Notes: generated by a model from the letters alone, not told the origin. Shown: positions 18,925-29,419, counted from the first letter of the stretch. The stretch: DNA of 64,000 nucleotides from Bacteroidales bacterium (GCA_035389045.1 DAOORA010000003.1:1-64000), one strand, 5' to 3'. Numbers and translations are program-made.

Positions 18925-21900
18925 ATGAGTACAACTAATGAGCAAAAAGCAGATGATCTGCTAAACAACATGGAAAGTAACAAAAAGATGGAGAAGGATA
19001 TTCATGAACTCATTTTAAAATATCCTGAGGTATACACAAAAGAAGCGGTAAAGGGACTTATAACAAAAGCTATAAACGCCAGAACAATTATGACCTCAAG
19101 GGATTATCTATCAAAAGCGGGAATAATAATTAATCATGCCGGATGGAGAGATGAAGATGAAATTATTACTTTATTTAATGATGCAATAGCCGAGATCAGC
19201 ATAACTCCACAACGACTGATGTTACTAAGGACAAAACTATTATACCAGAGTAATAAAATGGCTGACAACAGTCCTCTTTATGAAAAAAATTATTACAAAC
19301 TACTCATGACTGAGGCAGATCATTTGAAAGAAATCGTTGATATTTTTAAATTGTCCGTAATTTCATTAGATTCGTTAAAAGTAATGATGAATATAAATTT
19401 AGATAGATTGAATGATAGCTATATTTCATTGCCATTATATGGAACTTTTGCTTTGAATTTTGAAGATAGTCTTTTATATAATGCAAATAGACTAAGGAGA
19501 AAGGAATTTATTGATAATGCAAGGGTGGCGTATGGCTTAAAAGCAGAAAAATGCGATGATAATTTACTGAAAGGATATATGCTTGATCTGGTAAAAAAGA
19601 TGGATGAAATTGAAATCGAATGTGAGGATGTTTTGAAATTATTCAGAGTATTACTGTTATGCAATAATGATTTTATTGATTACGGTGGTGTCAAACCTAT
19701 TAGAAATTTTTTTTCAGAGAATTCAGAAATGGCATTATTTTTAATTGGCGAATATCCCCGGATTGATTTTAATTTAAGCAAACTGACTCCAGAGGATTTT
19801 ATGAATTATGAGAATGAAGAAAAAATTATTTCTTTAAGTAAGGGCCTTGAATTATTAAAATATATTCAAGGATTAAAAAATGATAAAGAGGCGGTTTTAG
19901 TTGCTATTAATAAAGATGTCAAAGCATTGAAACATACCGCTGATGTGTTAAAAGATGATAAAGAGTTTATTTTGGAAGCAGTTAAACATGATGGGAGGGC
20001 GTTAGAATTTGTATCTGAAGAATTAAGAGCAGATAAGAAATTAGTTCGGCAGGCGGTAAGTAATTATGGAGGGGCATTGCAATATGCCTCTGAAGAATTA
20101 AAAGCAGACAAAGAATTGGTTTTGACGGCGGTTAATAATAATGGATGGGCATTGCAATTTGCATCTAAAGAATTCAAAAATAATAAAGAAGTGGTATTGA
20201 AGGCAGTTGAACAAGAAGGAGATGCTTTGCAATTTGCAACTGATTTATTTAAAGCGGACAAAGATATCGTTTTAACTGCTGTAATCTCTAATGGTAAAGC
20301 TATACGATTTGCTGCAGATTTACTCAAAAATGATAAAGATGTGGTTTTAACTGCTATTATTAAAGATGTCGAAGCGTTGAAATATGCCGCTGAAGTGTTA
20401 AAAGCAGACAAAGAATTTGTTTTGGAGGCGGTTAAACAGAGTGGCGATGCATTGGAATACGCCTCCGAAGAATTAAAAGCAGACAAAGAATTTGTTTTGG
20501 AGGTGGTTAAACAAAATGGCTTAGCACTTAAAGGTGCCACTGAAGAATTAAAAGAAGATAAAGAAGTTGTTCTGGTAGCTGTAAAAAATTCCGGTTGTGC
20601 TTTAAAATATGCCTCTGATAAATTTAAAGCAGACAAAGAAGTGGTTTTGGAGGCTGTCAATCAAAATTTTTATGCATTGGAATATGCTTCCCCGGAACTC
20701 AAAAATGAAAAAGAATTTGCATTAATAGCAATTATTAATAATGACTCTGATATTCATGAAGATGAAACCTTATTGCAAGATGTTTCCGAAGAACTAAAAA
20801 ATGATATTGACGTTGTTCTTGCAGCGATTAGAAAAGACGGAAGAAACCTGAAATTTGCCTCTGAAGAATTAAAAGCAAACAAAGATGTTATTTTGGCAGC
20901 GGTTAATCAAAATGGAATGGCATTGGAATATGCCCCCGATAAATATAAAGCAGACAAAGAAGTGGTTTGGGAGGCGGTTAGTAACATTGGATGGGCATTA
21001 GAATTTACTTCTGAAGAATTAAGAGCAGATAAGAAATTAGTTCGGCAGGCGGTAAGTAATTATGGTATGGCATTGCAATATGCCTCTGAAGAATTAAAAG
21101 CAGACAAAGAATTGGTCTCAGCGGCAGTTAAAAATGCTGGCTGGGCATTGCAATTTGCTTCTGAAGAGTTAAAAGAAGACAAAGTTGTGGTTTTATTGGC
21201 AGTTATAGAAAATGTAACGGCATTGAAATTCTTATCTGAAAAACTAAAAAATGATAAAGAGTTCGTTTTGACGGTGGTTAAAAAATATTGGGAAGCCTTG
21301 CAATATGCTTCCCCTGAACTCAAAAATGACAAAGAAATTGTATTTACGGCGGTAAATAAAAATTTCAAAGCATTAGAATTCGCATCAAAAGAACTAAAAA
21401 ATGATAAAGAGTTTGTTTTGACGACAGTTGAACAAAAATGGGAAGCATTACAATACGCTTCTCAGGAACTCAAAAATGATATTGAAATAGTATTTGCAGC
21501 GGTTAAACAAAATGGGTGTTCATTGGGATATGCCTCTGATAAATATAAAGCAGACAAAGAAATGGTTTTGACGGCGATTAGAAATAATGGAGGGGCATTG
21601 CAATATGCCGCTGATGAATTAAAAGCAGATAAAGAAGTTGTATGTGTCGCTGTTTGTAACTATGGCTATGCATTGGCATATGCCTCTGAAAAATTAAAAG
21701 CGGACAAAGAAGTGGTTTTAGCTGCTGTTAGAAAAGATGGATGGGCATTTCAATTTGCTTCTGAAGAGTTAAAAGAAGACAAAGAAGTGGTTTTGGCGGC
21801 GGTTAAACAAAAAGGCTATGTATTGCAATCTGCCTCTTGGATTCAAAAGGCAGACAAAGATGTGGTTATGGCAGCGGTTAATCAAGATGGCGGAGCATTG

Positions 21901-22665
21901 GATTATGCCTCTGAAGAATTAAAAGCAGACAAAGAAGTGGTTTTGGAGGCGGTTAATCAAAATGGCTATGCATTGCAATATGCCTCTGAAGAATTAAAAG
22001 CAGATAAAGAAGTGGTTTGGACAGCAGTCAGAAAGTATGGTGGTGCATTGGATTTTGTCTCTGAAGAATTTATAACAAACAAAGAATTGGTTTGGACAGC
22101 TGTTAGAAATTATGGTACAGCAATTATTTGTGCCTCTGAAGAATTTCAAACGGACAAAGAACTTATTATAACAGCAATTAATAATTGGGACCCTTATGGC
22201 TCTGATAACATATTGAAACATATTTCTGAAGAACTTAAAAATGACAAAGACGTTGTTCTTGCTGCAGTAAGATATGATGGAAGAAACTTGATGTTTGCCT
22301 CTGAAGAATTAAAAGCGGACAAAGAAGTAGTTTTAGCGGCGGTTAATCAACATTACTGGATATCACAATTTGTATCTGATGATTTTAAAGCAGACAAAGA
22401 TGTATTTTTGGCAGCAGTTAAACAAAATGGTGGGGCATTGGCATATGCCTCTGAAGAATTAAAGGCAGATAAAGAAATAGTCTTGACGGCGGTTAAACAA
22501 GATGGTGCGGCATTGGAATTTGCCTCTGACGAGTTAAGGGCAGACAAAGAAGTAGTATTAGCGGCTGTTAGTATTTATAACAAGGCATTGAAATATGTAA
22601 GTTCTGCGCTTATAACTGACAAGGATTTTATTGAGGAAGTTAAAAAAAGAATAATAGCAGACTAA
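18925..22665 (+). CDS. DUF4116-like helical repeat protein (1246 aa) with unknown ~315 aa N-terminal domain
   Basis: 36 tandem ~25-aa repeats, consensus LKADKEVVLAAVxxxGxALQYASEE, starting at nt 19873. Confidence 0.88.
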   Translation: MSTTNEQKADDLLNNMESNKKMEKDIHELILKYPEVYTKEAVKGLITKAINARTIMTSRDYLSKAGIIINHAGWRDEDEIITLFNDAIAEISITPQRLMLLRTKLLYQSNKMADNSPLYEKNYYKLLMTEADHLKEIVDIFKLSVISLDSLKVMMNINLDRLNDSYISLPLYGTFALNFEDSLLYNANRLRRKEFIDNARVAYGLKAEKCDDNLLKGYMLDLVKKMDEIEIECEDVLKLFRVLLLCNNDFIDYGGVKPIRNFFSENSEMALFLIGEYPRIDFNLSKLTPEDFMNYENEEKIISLSKGLELLKYIQGLKNDKEAVLVAINKDVKALKHTADVLKDDKEFILEAVKHDGRALEFVSEELRADKKLVRQAVSNYGGALQYASEELKADKELVLTAVNNNGWALQFASKEFKNNKEVVLKAVEQEGDALQFATDLFKADKDIVLTAVISNGKAIRFAADLLKNDKDVVLTAIIKDVEALKYAAEVLKADKEFVLEAVKQSGDALEYASEELKADKEFVLEVVKQNGLALKGATEELKEDKEVVLVAVKNSGCALKYASDKFKADKEVVLEAVNQNFYALEYASPELKNEKEFALIAIINNDSDIHEDETLLQDVSEELKNDIDVVLAAIRKDGRNLKFASEELKANKDVILAAVNQNGMALEYAPDKYKADKEVVWEAVSNIGWALEFTSEELRADKKLVRQAVSNYGMALQYASEELKADKELVSAAVKNAGWALQFASEELKEDKVVVLLAVIENVTALKFLSEKLKNDKEFVLTVVKKYWEALQYASPELKNDKEIVFTAVNKNFKALEFASKELKNDKEFVLTTVEQKWEALQYASQELKNDIEIVFAAVKQNGCSLGYASDKYKADKEMVLTAIRNNGGALQYAADELKADKEVVCVAVCNYGYALAYASEKLKADKEVVLAAVRKDGWAFQFASEELKEDKEVVLAAVKQKGYVLQSASWIQKADKDVVMAAVNQDGGALDYASEELKADKEVVLEAVNQNGYALQYASEELKADKEVVWTAVRKYGGALDFVSEEFITNKELVWTAVRNYGTAIICASEEFQTDKELIITAINNWDPYGSDNILKHISEELKNDKDVVLAAVRYDGRNLMFASEELKADKEVVLAAVNQHYWISQFVSDDFKADKDVFLAAVKQNGGALAYASEELKADKEIVLTAVKQDGAALEFASDELRADKEVVLAAVSIYNKALKYVSSALITDKDFIEEVKKRIIAD

Positions 22666-22764
22666 GCCCTGAAGAGAGGAAAAAATGATCTTTCAACGGT
22701 TTTATATTTACAAAATAAATCACAAGTTTTGCAATGCGATAACAATATCTTAATTAAAAAAACT

Positions 22765-23883
22765 ATGAAAACAAACATCACCCGGCATTTTTTGAAGTTT
22801 ATTAGAATCATCTTTCCCCTTGTTTTTCTAATGGGGGTTATTGTTTTGTCGTGCGGGAGGCATAAGAACCTGGACCCGAAATCGACTATTGACAGCACGC
22901 TGCAGGCAGCCACTGAACAAAAATTAAAAGAATACATGATGATGTGTGATGCTGATTGGGCATGTGTTGTATTGATGCAAGCCGACAGCGGACAAATAAG
23001 AGCCCTGGTTAACCTCAGCAGGGATACCGCTGCAAATAGTTATTCGGGGGCTTACAATTATGCTGTTACTGAACTTATAGAACCAGGACAATTGTTTACC
23101 CTTGCAACAATAATGGCCTGTTTGGAAGATAAGGTTATTAGTCTCAAAGACTCAATAAATATTGAAAAAGGAACGGAAATTTTTGATGGAAAAACTGTTG
23201 CTGACGCACAAAATCTTGAAAAAAACTTTCTAACTGTGCAGGACGCATTCATAGTATCATCTAATATAGCATTTGCGCGCATCGTGAATGCATATTATAA
23301 AAATAACCCGGGTAAATTTATAGATCGTCTTAAATCGTTCAGGCTTGATAAATCATTGGGTATAGATGATTTAAATGAACCAGTACCTTATCTGCCTGAC
23401 GTTAACTCTTCGTCCTAGTCTCCATCCTCACTGATAACGTTATCTTTTGGTTATGGGATAAAATTAACACCGCTTCAAATTCTTGCGTTTTACAATGCGG
23501 TGATTAACGATGGAAAATTGATAAAACCGGTATTATCACAATGTGATTCAACTACTGTTCCGTATGTTCTTAAAGAAAGAATTTGTTCTCCTGATGTTCT
23601 GACTGAAGCAAAAAATTTGCTTGAATCAACCGCCGATAAAGTTCCCATGAGGCAGACCAGCATTCCGGGCACAACTGTTGCCGGTAAAGGTGCTATTGTG
23701 AGAAGTTACGCGGATAAAAACAATCATTCGGTTTTTATGCAATGTATCGGCCATTTTCCCGCAGAAAACCCCAAATACTCATGTGTGGTTGTTATTCATG
23801 CTAATCGTAATGATATCGGTAAATTAGCTTTGCCTATGCTAAAGAGAATAATGGAATTTGTGGAATGTGGGTATGATAAATAG
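22765..23883 (+). pseudogene. penicillin-binding transpeptidase-like lipoprotein interrupted by in-frame TAG (23416-23418)
   Basis: the frame continues past TAG as SPSSLITLSFGYGIKLTPLQILAFYNAVINDGKLIKP into the 23500-23883 ORF; FtsI-like EPG, SSN and GHFPAENPKYSC motifs. Confidence 0.85.
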
Positions 23884-24018
23884 TTTTTGGTTAAGTAAAT
23901 AAACCAAAAATTATAAATGTAAAATTGTTTTGATTACGTTTAAAGATGGAAAATATTGATTAATAATGAACCACAATAGTTTTTTGTTGTAGTATACGTA
24001 TATTTAAAATTTATTATT

Positions 24019-24559
24019 ATGGAAAGAATTTCAACTGTTAAAGAATAAAAGCATTATTACTTTATTATTATTCTTCATAATGGCCTCATTTGTTTATGGA
24101 CAAAATGCTGGCTATTCGTATAAAACCATCATTGATAATGAATGTATGTCTGTTTATGTTAAATGTGATTATTATTGGTCTGATCCTATAAATCATACTG
24201 GAATTAATACCGTGGCAAATGTTTATGTAAAAAATATGTGCTCCAAAAAAATTAAAGTCTGGTGGCATCTTTATTATAGCGGTTGTGAAAGTAGAAATAG
24301 TATTTCTACCGGAAATCCAATTGAAGGAAATGGCCAACTTCATTTTGATATGTCATGGGAATGGCGAAATAGTGGAGTTGACCCTTCTTGCCCAATAAAT
24401 AAAATGTTCCATTATTTTTTTCTGAGTTTGACACTTCAGAAGCCTATCTTGCTGAATACATCACCTTTAACAAATCCGTTTTCGCACTACACCCATTGGC
24501 CTACCCCTTCCCCCTTTGACAGCGAAAATCCAAAAATAACAGAAATGTTCGCGGCATAG
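24019..24559 (+). pseudogene. frameshifted/truncated exported protein whose 3' end runs into the right direct repeat
   Basis: signal-peptide-like KNKSIITLLLFFIMASFVYGQ is in frame with the 24080 ORF, but the ATG at 24019 is out of frame; the last ~55 codons are repeat-derived. Confidence 0.55.
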
Positions 24560-24596
24560 CAAAAGCCCTTTGTGCTTCCTCCCTGTTATCCTTTGA
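24393..24596 (+). repeat. right copy of ~200 bp direct repeat
   Basis: matches 9540-9742. Confidence 0.95.
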
Positions 24597-24682
24597 GCTT
24601 TGTGGTTAATAAAAGGTACTGAACCTCAAAGGAACTTCTAAAAAACTTTTTCATTTCCGGGATTTGCATTCGATATGAATAC

Positions 24683-27130
24683 TTACCGGCTTCCTGAAAT
24701 CTTAAAACTAAGCTTAAAAGCAATGTTTTTCCATGGATTTTCATAGGCATAACAGCCATAACGGTAAAAACCGCCCGCACCCAGTTTCAGATAGGCCAGA
24801 TTGAATAACTTGAGCCGAACGAGATTATCAAGTATTAACCCCGATTCAAAATACCATTCGCCGGGTACCTGAAAATCTATGCCGGTATGTGAGTTTTTAT
24901 CAGACAGCCCGCCGTATAATATGCTTTGGCAAATACTCAGCTCTGGCCTGAACTTTTTGGCTCTGAACAGGTAACTGCCAAAAGAATGTCTGAAATGTAA
25001 TGCGGCATACTTGTCAAACAAAAATTCATCAATACGCATGGTCTGAAACGTGTTCCTGAAATAAAAAATAAAACTCGAACTATACGAGCCTTTGCCTTTG
25101 AATAGTTTCATGTAGGGCGACTTACCCCATAAATATCCCGTTTCAAGAAAAAGACTGGTTTTGCCCAAATGTTTTATCATAAAATCCTTTTCAATGGCAA
25201 TTTCCAGCTTGTCATAGTTGTACATTCCGCCTAAAACGCCATTGAATCCGTGAATATATGTCATATAAAGTACAGGATAATTTGTGCCAAGCGTATAACG
25301 CTTATTGAATGCATCAATCAGTTTTTCATCATAGGCATAACGTATGCCCAGGCTCAGCTCGGTGAATTTATATTGATTCCCGGCAACGGTATCGGTGGCA
25401 AAAGGCAGATAAAAATACGGGTATTCCGGCGTCCGGTTTTCGTGCAGGCCGCGAATCTCAACCTGTGCGTAACGCAACGCTCTGAATTTAAAGTAAGCAT
25501 CAATTCGTTCAACGAAATCTGTCCGGTCAACCAGGTACTCATTCCAATATGAAAAATTATTATATTCATAAAGTTGTGTCCTGCCCGGTGTTTCGAGGTC
25601 TTTCATATATCCGGCGCCTAAAAAGACTTCATGTTTTTTGGAAATCGTGAATTCCAGATGGCCGCCATACTTAAATCGTTTATCCCAGAAGCCATAACCT
25701 GCGTATCCTCCGACGGAAAACCATTTACATAATTTTTCGTTGGTCCGTAATCCCAATCCAACCCGAACTCCTTCTATGTTATTGTAATTGAACAGATACG
25801 AAAGCGAAAAATCAAAAATGCTCAGGGGAATATAGCCCTCCAGGATTTTTTCGGCGAGATCAGGAATATAATCGAATTTCTTCTTTTTCCCCAGTGAATC
25901 CATCTTTTCATAAGTCGTCAGCTCTTTTGTCGTCAGTGTATCCTGACGATGAGCCGTCCAGTAGTTCTCATCTTTCTTCCCCGCGCCTTCTTCAAAAATA
26001 ATATTACTCGGCCCGAAATCTTTGTTTCTGTTCTCTGAACTAAAATCAATCCCGGATATATAACTCCTGCCCCTCATTACAACACCTACTTTTTCGGAGG
26101 GATAGTTCGGCAACAACCAGTCATAGTTCAACTGAACCGGAAACCAGTATTTGTCGCCGGTAAAACAATACATCTGCTGAATTTTTATCGACCACAACCC
26201 CTCTTCGGCAGGCTGCGCAATTACATTTTGTATGGCATATCTGTTCGAATTAATGGACAATACTCCTTTCAGCCCGTTAAAACTTTTTCCTTTCATCGGC
26301 TTGAAAGAAATGACAAAAACGCTGTCGTTATTGACATATAGCGTGTCTTCGATCAAAAAACTGTATCTGCCAATGCTTCCTTTACTTATTGGATTTAAAT
26401 AATCTTTTACATCTGTAAGCGAGATAGAGATAAAGTCAGTGTAAAAAGAAAAGGGCTGCACATCGGTGGCCAGAGAGGTGAAATTGGGATTGGAAAAACC
26501 CGAAACCCTTGTTCCGAGAACTTTTTCCTGGCTTTTTCCGTTCAGGAATATACGCTCAGAAAAAGACTCCATCATCATGATATACTGCTCTGCTGCCTGC
26601 CGGTTCAGGCGACGGAACGTGCTGTCGTCCTTCAGTTTTGATTCGGGATCCGAACTGATATCGTACTTGGTCTTATCCAGGTACCATTCCGCAGTGACTT
26701 TGTTGTAACAATTATAACGGAACGAAGGGATGTTCTCCGGATCATTAAGTTCTTTGTTCTCCTGAACTTTACGGATAATGGCATGGGCCGGATTTTCACC
26801 GGGATAGATCACTACGCCGCTTAATTCAATGTTTTTACGTACCAGGCACACCCGCATCATTTTTTGCGATAATACCGCGCTTAAATGCCTGGTATGATAC
26901 CCGACAAATGTAAATGTAAGCGATTGTATCGGCGTTGAAGAGCGGATATAAAAATTACCGTCAATGTCGGTAGATCCGCCATAATCGTTATCGTTTACCA
27001 CAATATTCACAAAGGCAAGCGGCGAACCTGTAACCGAATCCGTGACTTTTCCCGACACCACATGCTGGGCCAATAAATGCTGCGGCATAATGAATACAAG
27101 GAAAGCCAATATGAAAATACGGTTTTTCAT
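24683..27130 (-). CDS. CarboxypepD_reg-like/DUF5686 outer membrane protein
   Basis: signal peptide; VSGKVTDSVTGSPLAFVNI; GENPAHAIIRKV; YNNIEGVRVGLG; beta-barrel-like C-terminus. Confidence 0.8.
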   Translation of the reverse strand: MKNRIFILAFLVFIMPQHLLAQHVVSGKVTDSVTGSPLAFVNIVVNDNDYGGSTDIDGNFYIRSSTPIQSLTFTFVGYHTRHLSAVLSQKMMRVCLVRKNIELSGVVIYPGENPAHAIIRKVQENKELNDPENIPSFRYNCYNKVTAEWYLDKTKYDISSDPESKLKDDSTFRRLNRQAAEQYIMMMESFSERIFLNGKSQEKVLGTRVSGFSNPNFTSLATDVQPFSFYTDFISISLTDVKDYLNPISKGSIGRYSFLIEDTLYVNNDSVFVISFKPMKGKSFNGLKGVLSINSNRYAIQNVIAQPAEEGLWSIKIQQMYCFTGDKYWFPVQLNYDWLLPNYPSEKVGVVMRGRSYISGIDFSSENRNKDFGPSNIIFEEGAGKKDENYWTAHRQDTLTTKELTTYEKMDSLGKKKKFDYIPDLAEKILEGYIPLSIFDFSLSYLFNYNNIEGVRVGLGLRTNEKLCKWFSVGGYAGYGFWDKRFKYGGHLEFTISKKHEVFLGAGYMKDLETPGRTQLYEYNNFSYWNEYLVDRTDFVERIDAYFKFRALRYAQVEIRGLHENRTPEYPYFYLPFATDTVAGNQYKFTELSLGIRYAYDEKLIDAFNKRYTLGTNYPVLYMTYIHGFNGVLGGMYNYDKLEIAIEKDFMIKHLGKTSLFLETGYLWGKSPYMKLFKGKGSYSSSFIFYFRNTFQTMRIDEFLFDKYAALHFRHSFGSYLFRAKKFRPELSICQSILYGGLSDKNSHTGIDFQVPGEWYFESGLILDNLVRLKLFNLAYLKLGAGGFYRYGCYAYENPWKNIAFKLSFKISGSR

Positions 27131-27269
27131 GGGGCAAAGTAAACAAGAAATCCTGAAAATATTATATTAAACGTGTTTATTGTTAAAATAACATATGATG
27201 ACTTTTATTTTTGAAAAAAAACATACATTTGAATTGGATAAATTTTTTGGTTGCACCAGCATTCATATT

Positions 27270-27632
27270 ATGGCAGAACACAACGACCTGGGCAAAGAAG
27301 GCGAAAATATTGTGGTACGTTTCCTCACGGATAAAGGCTTCCGCATCCTCGACCGGAACTGGCATTACGGAAAAGATGAACTGGATATTGTTGCAGAAAC
27401 CGATACCCACCTCGTTTTCGTTGAAGTAAAAACCAGAAGCAACATCATTTACGGGGAACCCGAAGAAGCCGTCACCAAAAAGAAACAACGCTTTCTGATC
27501 CGCGCGGCAAATGCCTATATCGAAAAAAATAATTGCACCAAAGAAGCCCGCTTTGACATAATTTCCGTAATTTTGCCGTCGCATCCATTGCATATCAACC
27601 ACATTGAAGATGCATTTTATCCAACTCTTTGA
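27270..27632 (+). CDS. yraN: YraN/UPF0102 family putative nuclease
   Basis: LGKEGE, RNW...ELDIVA, VFVEVKTR and RFDII motifs. Confidence 0.9.
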   Translation: MAEHNDLGKEGENIVVRFLTDKGFRILDRNWHYGKDELDIVAETDTHLVFVEVKTRSNIIYGEPEEAVTKKKQRFLIRAANAYIEKNNCTKEARFDIISVILPSHPLHINHIEDAFYPTL

Positions 27633-27644
27633 AAAACCTGAACT

Positions 27645-29419
27645 ATGAAAAATTCCGGCAGTTCCCCAACCCATAAAAAGTCATTACCCAGGAAAAGCCG
27701 GAATCCCCGGGATAAAAAACCCTTTTCCCGGAAACCTGATGACCAGCCTTTAGAGAAAAGTTTTTCTAAAAAAACTGCAACAAAAAAACCATTAAAAAAA
27801 ACGATGGATAGTGTTGCTGACAGACCGGTAAAGCGAAGTTACGTCCGCAAACAAGCCGGCGATGATAAAAAACCTTATTCCGGTAAGCCCTACCCTTCGC
27901 GCGAAAGAAAATACGACGACCGCAATAAACATTCGGATAAGGGGGAGTACAAAAACAGAGGGAAAAAACCTTACGAAAAAAAACAGGATGACGGTANNNN
28001 NNNNNNNNNNNNNNNNNNNNNNNNNNNNNNNNNNNNNNNNNNNNNNNNNNNNNNNNNNNNNNNNNNNNNNNNNNNNNNNNNNNNNNNNNNNNNNNNAAAA
28101 AACAGGATGACGGTATAGACAGGCCGGTAGAACGTTACGTCCGCAAACAAGCCGGTGATGATAAAAAACCTTATTCCGGTAAGCCCTACCCTTCGCGCGA
28201 AAGAAAATACGACGACCGCAACAAACATGCTGATAAAGGGGATTACAAAAACAGAGGAAAAAAAACCTACGAAAAAAAACAGGATGACGGTATAGACAGG
28301 CCGGTAAAACGCTATGTCCGCAAACAAGCCGGTGATGATAAAAAACCTTATGCCGATAAACCCTACCCTTCGCGCGAAAGAAAATACGACGACCGCAATA
28401 AACATTCGGATAAAGGGGAGTACAAAAACAGAGGGAAAAAACCTTACGAAAAAAAACAGGATCGTGATAAGGACAGGCCGGTTGAACGTTACGTCCGAAA
28501 AAAAATAAATGAAAACGACAGATCTTTTCCAAACAATAAAAATAGTTCAGGTGAAGAGCTAAAAGACAAAAAAAGTTTTTCGAAAAATAAAAGAGCGCGC
28601 CTGACCGAACCAAAAACATATATCGGGAGAAAACGTGAATATCACGAGACCGAAATTTATATAAAGGATAACACTTACGAAAAACGCCCTTCGTTCCGCA
28701 ACTTTTCAGATGCAAAAGGAATACGCCTGAATAAATTTATCGCTAATGCCGGCATTTGTTCTCGCCGGGAGGCCGATACGCTTATCGAGACGGGAGTTAT
28801 CACCATCAATGGGAAAATTGTTACCCAGCTTGGTACCAAGGTGATGCCCGGCGATGTGGTTAAATTCAACGATCAGGTATTAAGCGGCGAACAGCACCAG
28901 TACCTCTTACTTAATAAGCCCAAAGGATATATCACCACTACCGACGACCCGCAGGAGCGCAAAACCGTGATGGAGATCATTAAACACGCCTGCAAAGAAA
29001 GAATATATCCCGTAGGCCGCCTCGACAAAAATACCTGCGGGCTTTTACTGTTCACCAACGATGGCGAACTAGCCAAAAAGCTTACTCATCCCAGCCATAA
29101 AGTGGAAAAGGTTTATAAAGCCGAACTCGACAAAGCCCTCGCTAAAGCCGACCTGGAAAAAATCATAGATGGTATCGAACTTGAAGATGGCCTCATAAAA
29201 GTGGATGCCATCGCTTATGGCGAGACTAAAAAGGAAATAGGCATCGAACTCCACTCGGGCAAAAATCGCATCGTACGGCGCATATTTGAGAGCCTGGGGT
29301 ATGAGGTGGAAAAACTTGACAGGGTGGTTTTTGCCGGACTGACCAAAAAAGACCTTCCGCGTGGAAAATACCGGTTCTTAAGCCAGGAAGAAATAAACAT
29401 ACTGCGAAGGATCAGATAG
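27645..29419 (+). CDS. S4-domain 23S rRNA pseudouridine synthase (RluB-like) with long repetitive N-terminal extension; spans an assembly gap
   Basis: open frame from 28097 through GIRLNKFIANAGICSRREAD (S4) to NKPKG, GRLD and GKNRIVRR; 5' part 27645-27996 carries the same repeat. Confidence 0.88.
27819..28500 (+). repeat. 177-bp (59-aa) coding tandem repeat, at least 3 units
   Basis: CAGGAT(GACGG) anchors at 27984, 28103, 28280 and 28457, period 177 after the gap. Confidence 0.9.
27997..28096. other. assembly gap (100 N)
   Basis: N run inside the tandem repeat. Confidence 1.

Larger units (their letters stand above)
9540..24596. mobile_element. AT-rich accessory genomic island flanked by direct repeats (no integrase or transposase seen)
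   Basis: flanking direct repeats; visibly lower GC than the flanks; unrecognised genes and pseudogenes. Confidence 0.7.

Noticed and set aside
19873..22600. 75-bp periodic DNA repeats as a possible CRISPR array or DGR template/variable pair
   Set aside because: The repeats are in-frame coding units with degenerate codons and no unique spacers; no cas or reverse transcriptase gene is in the window, and differences are not adenine-restricted
23416..23418. TAG as evidence of stop-codon reassignment or pyrrolysine
   Set aside because: TAG terminates intact genes elsewhere in the window (nadA, the rluB-like gene, the 52599-54464 gene). It is a single case, at a probable Trp position, best explained by TGG>TAG.
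27792..28715. 307-aa minus-strand repetitive ORF
   Set aside because: Antisense reading of the pseudouridine synthase repeat tail, running through Ns
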